DNA from: Malacoraja senta
Lineage: Eukaryota
NCBI GenBank assembly: GCA_038087875.1
Contig: CM075992.1
Location: 9,488,001-9,552,000, forward strand
DNA length: 64,000 nt
Direction: 5' to 3'
Shown here: positions 11,349 to 22,606 of the stretch, piece after piece
Layout of the letters: each line of letters starts with the position of its first letter
Numbering within the stretch: position 1 is the stretch's first letter
Notes under the pieces: model-generated
What the model saw: the letters and a program-made list of their open reading frames with translations, nothing else
The model's database searches: none
Told to the model about the DNA's origin: nothing
Made by a program: the position numbers and the translations under genes

Positions 11349-12244
11349 CATCCAAATGATTTTGTCTACCTTCGATTTTCCAGCATCTGCAGTTCCTTCT
11401 TAAACACTTTGTGTACAAGTTGTATCTGCCTCGACCTCTTCTTTCCGTACACTCACCACCCTCTGAAAGCAACAGTTGCCCCTCAGGTTCCTAGTAAATC
11501 TTTTCACTCTTCTTCAGTCAATGTCCTCTGGTACTTGGTTCTCCTACCCTGAGTAATAGACTCCTTATCGAGTTCCCTCATGATTTTGTACACCTTTATA
11601 AGATCACCCCTTAGCGACCTGCGCTGGAAGGAATTAAGTCCTAGCCTGCCCAATTTCTACCCCTATACCTGAGGTCCTTGAGTTATGGCAACCTCATAAA
11701 TCTTTTCTAGACAAAAATGCTGGAGAAACTCAGCGGGTGCAGCAGCATCTATGGAGCGAAGGAAATAGGCAACGTTTCGGGCTGAAACCCTTCTTCAGAC
11801 TGATGGAGGGTGGGGGGGAGGGGGAGAAGAAAGGAAAAAGAAAGAGGAGGAGCCCGAGGGCAGAGGGAGAGCTGAGAAGGGGAGGAGACAGCAAGGGCTA
11901 CTGGAAATGACAAAGTGTTTAAGAAGGAACTGCAGATGCTGGAAAATCTTTTGTCTACCTTCGATTTTCCAGCATCTGCAGTTCCTTCTTAAACATCATA
12001 AATCTTTGCATTCTTTCCAGCTTAATGCCATCCTTCCAATAGCAGTGTGAATAAATCTGAACACAATACTCCAATTGGAGCCTGACTAAAGTCTTTTACA
12101 ACTGTAGCATAATGTCCCAACTTCTATACTCAAAAGGAAGGTAGACACAAAATGCTGGAGTAACTCAGCGGGACGGGCAGCATCTCTGGAGAGAAGGTTT
12201 CGGGTTGAGACCCTTCTCCTTTACTCAATACTCTGACTGATCAG

Positions 12245-12780
12245 GACACATTTGGAATATTGTGAGCAGTTTTGGGCCCATATCGGAGGAGGGATGTGCT
12301 GGGTTTGGAGAGGGTTCAGAGAATGATCCCAGGGATGGTTGAGTTAATGAATGAAGAGTGTTTAATGGCTTTGAGCCTGTACGCGCTGGAGTTTGATAGG
12401 ATGAGGGGGGATCGCATTCAAACCTTCTGAATAATGAAAGGCCTAGATAGAGTGGATGTGGAGAGCATGTTTCAATTAGTGGGTCTAGAACCAGAGTTCA
12501 CAGCCTTGAAATAAAAGGACAAACCTTTAGAATGAAGATGAGGAATTTCTATAGCAAGGTGGTGGTGAATCTGTGGAATTCATTGCCACAGATGGCGGTG
12601 AAGGCCAAGATATTGGGTATTTTTAAAGCTAAGATTGATAGGTCATTGATTAGTACGGGTGTCAAAGGTTATGGGGAGAAGGCAGGAGAATGGGGTTGAG
12701 AGGGAAGAAAGATCAGCCATGATCGAATGGCGGAGTTGACTCGATGGGCCAAATAGACTAATTCTGCTCCGATGTCTTCT
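12245..12780 (+). mobile_element. Older CR1 3' fragment
   Basis: Degenerate HLEYCEQFW...FSKVVVNLWNSLP. Confidence 0.8.
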
Positions 12781-13056
12781 AGTTTAGAGATACAGCGCGG
12801 AAATAGACCCTTCAGCCCATTGTGTCCTCGTCGACCCGCGATCTCTGTGCACTAACACTATCCTACACACACTAGGGACAATTTACAATTTTTACCGAAG
12901 CCAATTAACCGCCAAACCTACATCTTTGGAGTGTGGGAGGAGACCGGAGCACCCGGAGAAAACCCACGTAGTCACAGGGAAAATGTACAAAACTCCGTAC
13001 AGACAGCACCCGTGGTCAGGATTGAACCCGGGCCTCTGGCACTGTGAGGCAGCAAC
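12780..13056 (-). mobile_element. HE1-type SINE
   Basis: Reverse complement of the SINE consensus seen at 8290-8603. Confidence 0.85.
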
Positions 13057-13566
13057 GTTGCCCAATGTCAGATAGTCTGATGGTCAGTGGCTGAGAGCCA
13101 AGATTCTTCAATCTGCCACGTTCACTTACAAGGCATGAATGTTTCCGGAGGTCGGGATAGTCTCTGTGATGGAGAGTACCTGGGAGGAATGGCGTGGGAG
13201 GTAGGGGTGAGGTGTAGAAACTGCCCTCCCCTCCCCACCCCAAGCCGGCAGCTGCAGCCAGGACCTGCTGACGTGGAGCCTGGTGTTTGCTCAGAATCTG
13301 GTTCCACCTCCTTTAGCAAACGAGCAGTGCTCGACTTGTGCCTCAAGTGTCAACACTAGCGGCATTGTCCGTGCTTATCTGTGCCTCCCACCAACAATGC
13401 TGCCTGGGGTTAGACATTAACAGAATCAGGAAGCCAGGAGTTTATGTGGAAGAAGGAACTGCAGATGCTGGTTTAAACCGAAGATAGACACAACATGCTG
13501 GAGTAACTCCATCTCTGGTGAGAAGGAACGGGTGACGTTTCGGATCAAGACTCTACTAAAGACTTA

Positions 13567-13843
13567 AGCCCCTGTCCCACTTTCCCGAGTTACTCACGAA
13601 TTCTCCCGAGTTTTCCCCTTGATTCAAACTCGGAGAATGTCCGTAGGAGTCCGTAGATGTTTCGTAGCGGCTCGTAATGCCAGCCATAGGTACTCGGGGC
13701 ATCAGGTAAGTCGGGACGTTTTTTCAGCATGTTGAAAAATGTCCACGAGTACAAATAAATGGCCCCGAGTACCTACGGCTGGCATCTCCGAGTTTGAATC
13801 GAGGGGAGAATCCGTGAGTAACTCGGGAAAACGGGCAGGGGCT
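13567..13843. mobile_element. PIF/Harbinger-type MITE, subfamily A
   Basis: Same TIR as 5634-5941; TSD TTA/TTA; interior in the opposite orientation. Confidence 0.85.
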
Positions 13844-14291
13844 TTAGATTGAAGAAGGGTCTCGACCCGAAAAGTCACCCGTTCCTTCTCCCCAGAGATG
13901 CTGCCTTTCCCGCTGAGTTACTCCAGTGTTGTGTGTCTACAGCCAGGAGTTTATGATGTGGCTTTATGTGTGAATTAAATGCCATCGTGGGATTGTGGTC
14001 AACTTGAGTAATAAAACAGAAGCTGTGATCTAATTGGCTTTACGAGCGTGAACGTAATCTGTTTTGCTAATGTAAAGAAAGAAGCTGCTTTCGAGGAGGG
14101 AGGCGAGGATAAGGGGGTGTGATCTTCAGATCGGAGATCAAACATTTTAATGGATTAAGTGCATTCACTCTCCCTCATTACACCCAGTTCCCAAACCAAA
14201 CCACTCCCTCCTCCATGCCTGAACCACTCCGTCCGCCCCCTCTGTTCCCCTGTCCCCCGACCCAATCCCAAAGGGTCTCGTCCCGAAACAC

Positions 14292-14978
14292 CATGGGCGG
14301 AAATCCCGGGGGAGGTGGGGGGGACATGGGGGACACGTCGCCTCCATGTTTTATGGGGTGGGGGACAACCCCTCCCCCCTGTTTTGTAATCCGGATCTTT
14401 CCACGAGACAGTGGAGGCGGGACTGATGATCGAGGGCACCGATTGGCCGAGAGAGACGTTGGTCAGCAGGCAGTGGGGGGGGGGGCGACATGATGATTCA
14501 GCGCGATGATTGGAGGTGGGAGTTGTCGGTCAGAGGCGGAAGTAGCGGGTGGGACTGAGATAGAGCACCGTGATTAGAGGAGGGAGACGCTCTGGTGGAG
14601 CAAAGTCCATAGAGCGGAGCTTGAATCGGCCTGTTCGCGGGGCCTTTCATCGCCCGGCGCGGGTTAAAATTGGCCGCGGGATCTTCCACCGCCCCGCGGT
14701 CAAATTGCTGCATCGAGGCTCCCGATGTTGAAGCCCCCGCTGGGTGATGGAAGATCCCGCGGCTGGTTTTAATCCGCGCCGGGCGATGAAAAGCCCCGAA
14801 CGGGCCGATTGAAGCCCCACGATTTGAGGCGAACGAAGCTGTTGTTGCTAGAGTTCGGAGTCGGTCACCAACCAGGTCAGCTCCCGATGTTACCGTCCAC
14901 AGGGCCCACGGGTGAAACCTCGCGCACGGCCCCAAAGAAATTGTGTCCCCCCCATGCGTTGATAGCGATTTCCGCCCG
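14292..14978. mobile_element. hAT-type non-autonomous element with a large internal palindrome
   Basis: Termini catgggcggaaatc / gatttccgcccg; 8-bp TSD cgaaacac/cgaaacat. Splits a PLE hammerhead motif. Confidence 0.8.
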
Positions 14979-15439
14979 CGAAACATCACCGATTCCTTCT
15001 CTCCAGAGATACTGCCTGTCCCGCTGAGTTTTTTGTCTATCCCCAAACCAACTCCCCTGTCCACAGAGCCACCTCCCCCTCCCCCCAATCCCCTGAACCA
15101 ACCCTCTTGTCTTCCAACCACCCCCCCCCCAATCTACAGAGCCACCTCCCTGTCCCTGAAACACCACCCCATCCATGAAACCAAACCACTCCCTCCCCCA
15201 TAGCCCGAATCATCCCCTTCACGCTCGGCCCCCGAACCATTGCCGCATTTTCAACACGCATCAGAAACCTGCACCTCGCCAACGTGGCAATCTACCTTCC
15301 TCTCTCTTGCTTCATTTTGGAAGGGCTGCTGTTGGGGCCCGATGTGTGGTGACTGCTCAACGGCTGTGGCAATCGTGGGATCAGAAGAGCTTAGATCCTG
15401 CTTAGATTCAGCATTTTCTGTTTGAACTTTTGGACTTTG

Positions 15440-15767
15440 CTTTAAAGCGACAGTGTGGAAACAGGCCCTTCGGCCAACCGAGACGGTGCCGACCAGCGAT
15501 CACCCTGTACACTAGCGCTATCCCACACACTAGGGACCACAGACCATAGAGCGGAGCTTTGCTAGGGACCGCTTACAATTTACAGAAGCCAATTAATCTA
15601 CAAACCTGCACGTCTTTGGAGCGTGGGAGGAAACCGGAGCACCCGGGGAAAACCCACGAGATTACAGGGAGGATTTACAAACACCGTACAGACAGCAGCC
15701 ATAGTCAGGATGGAACCCGGGTCTCTGGTGCTGTGAGGCAGCAACTCTACCGCTGCGCCATTGTGCC
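15440..15767 (-). mobile_element. HE1-type SINE containing a 24-bp insertion
   Basis: SINE consensus with an extra segment at 15538-15569. Confidence 0.85.
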
Positions 15768-16674
15768 ATTCCCATTTGCGAGCCTTATATTTCCCCAACC
15801 CAGTATTAGGGAATGATTGTTGTTCCTGCCAGACATTTGTGTTCTGTGATGGAGTGCCTGCCTCCTTTTCCATGCCTCACCCCCCGTTAAACCCTGGAAA
15901 ACCCACTCCTCGAAAGGGGCAACTAAAGAGATGAGTTAGCCCAGGGGATCGTCTGTGAGTCACCTTGCTCAACATCATGGCGTCACAGTTAAATTGTCTT
16001 TGGCGTTGCAGTCACTGTGATTTGTGTGGGCAAATTGTTTACACAAAGCAAGGACCCGCAAGCTTTGGTGGAGATACGGTACTTCATGTAGACACAAGAA
16101 ACAGCAGATCTTGGTTTACAAAAACACAGTGCTGGAGTAACTCAGCAGATTAGACAGCATCTCTGGGGAATATGGACAGGTTACGTTTCTGGGAAAGCAT
16201 CCAGACTTGAATCTTTCTCTAAGGTACACAAAAATGCTGGAGAAACTCAGCAGGTGACGCAGCATCTATGGAGAGAAGGAATAGACCCCTTCGTTCCATA
16301 GATGCTGCCTCACCCGCTGAGTTTCTCCGGCATTTTTGCCTACCTTCGATTTTTCCAGCATCTGCAGTTCTTTCTTAAACATGAATCTTTATCTATTCCT
16401 GTTAGGTTTAGTTTAGATACAGCGCAGAAACAGGCCCTTCGGCCCACTGAGTCTTCATCGACCAGCAATCTCCGAACATTAACACTAGCCTGCACACACT
16501 TGGGACAGTTTACAATTTACTGAAGCCAATTAACCTACAAACCTGCACTTCTTTGGAATGTGACAGGAAACCGAAGATCTCGGAGAAACCCCACGTAGGT
16601 CGCAGGGAAAACGTACAAACTTGGTACAGACAGCACCCGTAGTCAGGATCGAACCCGGGTCTCTGGCCCTCTAA

Positions 16675-17471
16675 AGGGCCTGTCCCACTTAGGCGACTTT
16701 TTAGGCAACTGCAGGAGACTCTGCGCTCTCCAGATCTTCGCCACATGGTCGCCACATGTTCGCTGGTGGTCTCTGGTGAGTCTCCTTCATGGTCGTGAAG
16801 AGTTCCCGCATTCTGGGAACTAGTCGCGGCCTCAGTATCGTCGCCGCAAATGTTTCAACATGTTGACAAATTTTCTGCGTCCAAGAATTGGTCGCCATGG
16901 AGAAAATCGATAAAGCTGTAGTCGTAGGTGCAGTTGTAGTGGGGTCGCCATGTAGTTGTAGGTAGTCGAGGTAGCCGTAGGTAGTTTTAGTGAATCGCCT
17001 TTGCTGACCGGTCATTTTCATTGGCTCATTGGGGAAAAAAACGTAAGCAGGAGTTTTCAGAACCAAGGATAACCGACCGGTAATGTTGAATGTCCGCCGA
17101 GCTTCACAGCTGTGTATCTCTGGATTAATAAAAGTTGTCTGGCTTCTGAAAAGTGTCTCCACTCCTTCTCCCCCCTTCTCCCCTCCCCCTCTCCCCCCTC
17201 TTTTAAAGGACTTACCCTACACTGTGCTAGCCGTCTTAACCTTCCTGTTCATCGCGGTGTGTGTCTGTATCACCTTGGCTTTGCACCGTGTGAATTTCAG
17301 ACAGCGCTCCCCCGCTTGCCCTGGCCCCCGCCTTGCGATATGTTTGTGTGTGTTTGTGTGTGTGTTCGACTCTGACAGTCGCCGTTCCAGTTCCCGGTTT
17401 TTCAGGCGAGTGCTGGCAACTTGACAGTCGCCGACAGTCCGCTGAAAAATCGCCTAAGTGGGACAGGCCCA
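16675..17471. mobile_element. PIF/Harbinger-type non-autonomous element (797 bp) nested in an HE1 SINE
   Basis: TIR agggcctgtcccacttaggcga; TSD TAA/TAA; the host SINE resumes on both sides. Confidence 0.88.
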
Positions 17472-17772
17472 TAAGGCAGCAACTCTACTACTGTGTCACT
17501 GTGTTGCCACTGTTACTGACCCACTGAGTGACTCCACAACTTTGTGTCTTTTTCTGCTATTTCATGTGTTGGTTTATGAGTGACAGTGAAGCCACTGGAA
17601 GCTGTGATTAGTGGTGTGCCTCAGGCAAACGTGCTGGGCCCATTATTGTTTGTTGTTTACATCGATGTTTTTGGATGAGAATGTACAAAGTATGATTCGA
17701 TGACACTGAAGTGGGTGGTATCATAGATAGCGAAGATGGTTATCAAAAATTACAACGCAATCTTGATCAATT

Positions 17773-18066
17773 CGGCACGGCGGCGCAGCGGTAGAGTTGC
17801 TGCCTTGCACCGCTTGCAGTGCCAGAGACCCAGGTTCGATCCCAACTACGGGTGCTGTCTGAACGGAGTTTGTACGTTCTCCCCGTGATCTGCGTGGGTT
17901 TTCTCCAAGATCTTCGGTTTCCTCCCACTTTCCAAAGACGTAGTTTGTAGGTTAATTGGCTTGGTAAATGTGTAAATTGTCCCTGGTGTGTGTTAATGTG
18001 TGGGGATCATTGGTCGGTGTGGGCTGAAGGGCCTTTTTCCGCGTTGCATCTGAAAACTAAACTAAA
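17773..18066 (+). mobile_element. HE1-type SINE inserted in a CR1 RT fragment (about 17580-18100)
   Basis: ggcgcagcggtag, ggttcgatccc, (actaa)n tail. The flank encodes a degenerate SGVPQxxVLGPLLF. Confidence 0.85.
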
Positions 18067-18099
18067 TTGGGCAAATGCGCTGAGCAATGGTTACTGGAG

Positions 18100-18810
18100 T
18101 TCATAAGTTATTGGAGCAGAATTAGGCCATTCAGCCCATCAAGTCTGTTCCACCATTCAATCATGGCTGATCCATTTTTCCCACTCAACCCCATTCTCCT
18201 GCCATCTCCCCATAGCCCCTGCCACCCTTACTAATCAAGAATTTGTTGATCTGCGCCTTAAAAATATCCATTGAATTGGCATCCACCACAACCTGTGGCA
18301 AAGAATTCCACAGATTCACCACCCTCTGGCTAAAGAAATTCCTCCCCACCTCCATTGTAAAGGTACTTTTTAAAAATTCTGAGATTGTGTCCTCGCGAGT
18401 GGAAACATCCTCTCCACATCCACTCTATCCAGGCCTTTCACTGTTTGGTAAGTTTCAATGATGTCTCCCTTCATCCTAAACTCTAGTGAGTACAGGCCCA
18501 GTGACATCAAACGCTCATCATATGTTAACCCACTCATTCCTGGGATCATTCTCGCAAACCTCCTCTGGACCCCTCCAACACCAGCACATCCTTCCTCAGA
18601 TATTGGGGCCCAAAACTGCTCATAATACTCCAAATGCAGCCTGACCAATGTCTTATAAAGCATCAGCATCTGTGTTTTTATATTCCAGTCCTCTTGAAAT
18701 AAATGCTGGCGTTGCATTTGCCTTCCTTACTACTGATTTGACTTGCAAATTAACTTTGGAATCCTGTACCAGCACTCCCAAGTCTCTTTGCGCCTCCGCT
18801 TTCTGAATTA
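18100..18810 (-). mobile_element. CR1 3' fragment
   Basis: QRDLGVLV...LYKTLVRLHLEYYEQFWAP, with frameshifts. Confidence 0.85.
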
Positions 18811-19229
18811 TTACCATGGGAGGCCTGGTCCCCCAGCGCAACCAGTCGGCGCTTCCTGGAGCCAAAGAATGGACTCTACTTTTGAGTCAACGTCGGTGCT
18901 CCGTGGAACCAATAAATCCTTCCCACGTGATTCTGCTGATGCTGCTGCTTAACGATTGGGCCACCAATGCCAGAGAGGGGCATCACCAAGATTCTGTCTC
19001 TTAAAATTCTGTGGGGAGTGGGCTGGGGGTAAAATTTGCAAAGTCTTGGCTGCCGTTACGGTTTGCAACGGTGTGGGCTTGAAGACTTCACGGGCAGTTC
19101 CCATTTTGATGTAATTGTTGGACTCGGCAGCCTATGTAAATGAGATGCCATTGTGATTGGTGGACTGTGAGATGGCATTGTGACATCAACACTGGAAGCT
19201 GCTGGAAGATTGTCTCTCTCAGAAGCCGT

Positions 19230-20397
19230 TATTATTTTCAAAGGTATAAAAAAAACAACTTTAATCATCGATAGAGTGAAATATAGCATTAAGTCTGAAG
19301 GGGACCTGATTATGGCGTGGACGGGAAAAATGTGAGTAAGAATGTGGAAAATTTTCAGCGCTACCGCATAGCGTTTTGACGAAGATACAAAAAAGCACAC
19401 ACACAGACATAGATGCATACACACAAACATACAAGATGAGAGTTTTATAAGTATACTAGACCAAGTGCAGACTCGTTGGGTCTGCTCCCCCCAACTCACC
19501 CGTTCCCTGCCTGTAGCCCCACGGGAGGCATGGTCCTCCAACTCAAGCCGTTCCTGAACGTAAGATTCCAGCACTCCCCTGCCTCCCTCAGCAGTGGGCT
19601 TTAAAAAAAATTCCAATTGCACTTCACCTGGGTGTTGCAATAGCAATTCCCCCTCCCCCTCCTGTGAGGTGAAAAATTCAGAGGGTTTAATCTTTTTTTC
19701 TCTTGTTTATTATCTATCCGCCTATCCATCCTTCCTCCCTACCTACCTACCTCCCTCTTTCCCTCCCTCTAAAACTCTCATCTTGACCACCGTCTGCGCT
19801 TAAATTTGCGCAAAAACGATCCCCGATAGCGCTATGATTTTTCGCCACCTTACTCACCATTCTCCTCTGCTGCAAGTCAAATAAGTTTTGTTCCAATCGG
19901 TGAAATAGTACAAAAGTTATGAAGGTTTAAAAATTGTAAAAAAACGCCCCTTCTGGAACCCACTGTCAATAAACGCGGCGAGGAGAATAAAAAGCTGAAG
20001 GGGCGGAGCGTGCAGCCGCGGAGAGGCAGCGCAGCCCGCGGAGTGCGTGCAGAGAGTGAGCAGCCTGCGAGCTGCTTCTGCGGGGACCAACACGACCAGC
20101 CGGAAGCTGCTGAGTTGAACCGGAAGCCTCTAAATGAAGCCGGAGTGGGACCGGGATATGTTGCTTGAGGCCGAAAGCTGAAGTTGCGGGGTGAGCAGAG
20201 TGCGAGCCCCCCCTTCCCCCCCCCTTCCCCACACCCCCTTTCCCCACCCCCCCTCCCCCTCACCCCCCCTCCCCCTCACCCCCCCCTCCCCATCCCCCAT
20301 CCCCATAGCGGTGGAATATTGCTTTGGGGGAATGGGTTGCGCTGGGGAATCAGGCCTCCCGTGTGACTGGGACCCAACAGGTCCCACTTAGTCTAGT
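19230..20397. mobile_element. Cluster of non-autonomous Helitron-like elements
   Basis: Hairpin plus CTAG|T 3' ends on the minus strand (19456-19485) and plus strand (20368-20396); a CA-rich, AT-ending terminus at 19395-19454. Left boundary uncertain. Confidence 0.6.
20205..20305 (-). repeat. C-rich tract (G-quadruplex potential on the minus strand)
   Basis: More than 10 runs of 3 or more C separated by 1-3 nt. Confidence 0.6.
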
Positions 20398-20587
20398 ATT
20401 CTTTAAAAGTGTAGTATGTTTACATATTGTGTTGTGCTGCAGCAAGTAAGAATTTCATTGATCTATCTGGGACATATGACAATAAAACACTCTTGACTTG
20501 ACTATCCCAACGTTTAAGAAAAATTAGAATATAGACACAAAAATCTGGAGTAACTCAGCGGGACAGGCAGTATCTCCGGATGGGTGA

Positions 20588-20995
<408 letters not shown>

Positions 20996-22109
20996 TGAGG
21001 TGCGGTCAGGGAGGGGATGGGCGAGTTCTCTTGGCTTCGTAGATTATCTTGGCCATTGGTTTGCTTTCGAGGTGGTGATACAACAGCTGGCTTTGTGTGT
21101 TATAATATTAACGCTCCTTGATTTCCAGTTCCTGTCTCGAGAGTCAAGCGTGATTTATTGCTGTGCTTCTCAAATGGATCAATGAAACTTTTACTTGCAG
21201 CAGCATAACACAATCCTCTGTAAACAAGCCCAGTACCACCCCTCTTCTCACATCAGACGCCACAACCCTGCTCAAACAATACAATATGGAACAAGCTGCC
21301 AGAGGAGGTAGTTGAGGCTGGGACTATCCCATCATTTAAGAAACGGTTGGACAGGTACATGGATGGGACAGGTTTGGAGGGATATGGACCAAACGCAGGC
21401 AGGTGGGACTAGTGTAGCTGGGACATGTTGGCAAGTAGGGCGGAAGAGCCTGTTTCCACCTCTATGACTCTAATAAATGAAAACACACGTTCAGTCCATC
21501 AGCGATGCAAACTACTATGTTCGAGGGAAAAAAGACACAACGTACTGGAGTAACTCAGCGGGTCAGGCAGCATCCCTGGAGAACATGGATATATGAACAT
21601 GGGCTCCGGGCCGCGTGGTGTGGGGTGATGCCTGACCCGCTGAGTTCCCCAGCATGTTGTGTCCTTTATTGTAGAATCTGCTGTTCCTTGTTTAGACTGC
21701 ATTCTAGGTTTCAGCTCAGCCCTCGCCCACCCCTTCATCACTAGGCTTCCATAGCCAACAGTGCTGTGGTCAGTGGGAGATTACAGGGAGGGGTAACGAT
21801 GTGGGGAAGTGGGCAGTATTGGGGTAGAAGACATTATCAAACACAACCAGGGGGTACTCCTCATTCAAGTTCACCCATACATTCATTCCTGGGTCAAAGA
21901 TTGTGGTGGTACAGTCCCACAGCGGGTAGTGTTGCTGCCTCACAGCACTAGAGACCCGGGTTTAATCCTGACCTCTGATGCTGTCCGTGTGTGGAGTTTG
22001 CATGTTCTCCCTGTGACCGTGTGGCTTTCCTCCAGGTACTCTGCTTTCCTCCCACACCCCAAAGACGTGCGGGCTTCAATGGTGCTTTTTTACGGTTCAA
22101 GGAGCTTTA

Positions 22110-22606
22110 AGGGGCCTGTCCCACTTGGGCGACCTAATCCGCGAGTTCTGGCGAGTTTGCCCTCGACTAATACTCGCAGCATGGTCGACACGAGGTCGTA
22201 GGAGGTCTTTGTAACTCTCCTTCATGCTCGAGAGTAGTCTCCGCGTACTCGAGGCCTCGGCTAGAGTACGCGTATTTTTCAACATGTTGAAAAATGCCCG
22301 CGAGTAATAGAAGGTCGCCATGGAAAAAATTGATACTTTTTTTAATCGTAGGTTTAGTCGTAGTAGGTCGGCATGTTAGTCGTAGGTAATCGAGGGTAGT
22401 CGAAGCAGATAGTCTTCAACATAGTCGAAGGAGATCGAAGGAGGTCGTCTTCACTCTCCACTATTGGAGTCAATTTTCAATTTTCTCGTAGCTAGTCGTA
22501 GCTGGTCTTCAACATAGTTGAAGGAGGTCTTCAACATGACATTTTTTCAAACTCTCCTAAACTCTTCTAAACTCGCCAATTAGGTCGCCCAAGTGGGACA
22601 GCCCCT
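22110..22606. mobile_element. PIF/Harbinger-type MITE
   Basis: TIR ggcctgtcccacttgggcgacctaat; TSD TTA/TTA; internal gtcgtag/gtcgaag repeats. Confidence 0.85.

Noticed and set aside
14498..15121. 207-aa minus-strand ORF (and similar long ORFs 19056-19646, 25916-26478, 49561-50292, 54884-55387)
   Set aside because: They span unrelated repeat junctions or GC-rich TE interiors, have low-complexity composition and show no recognisable domain.
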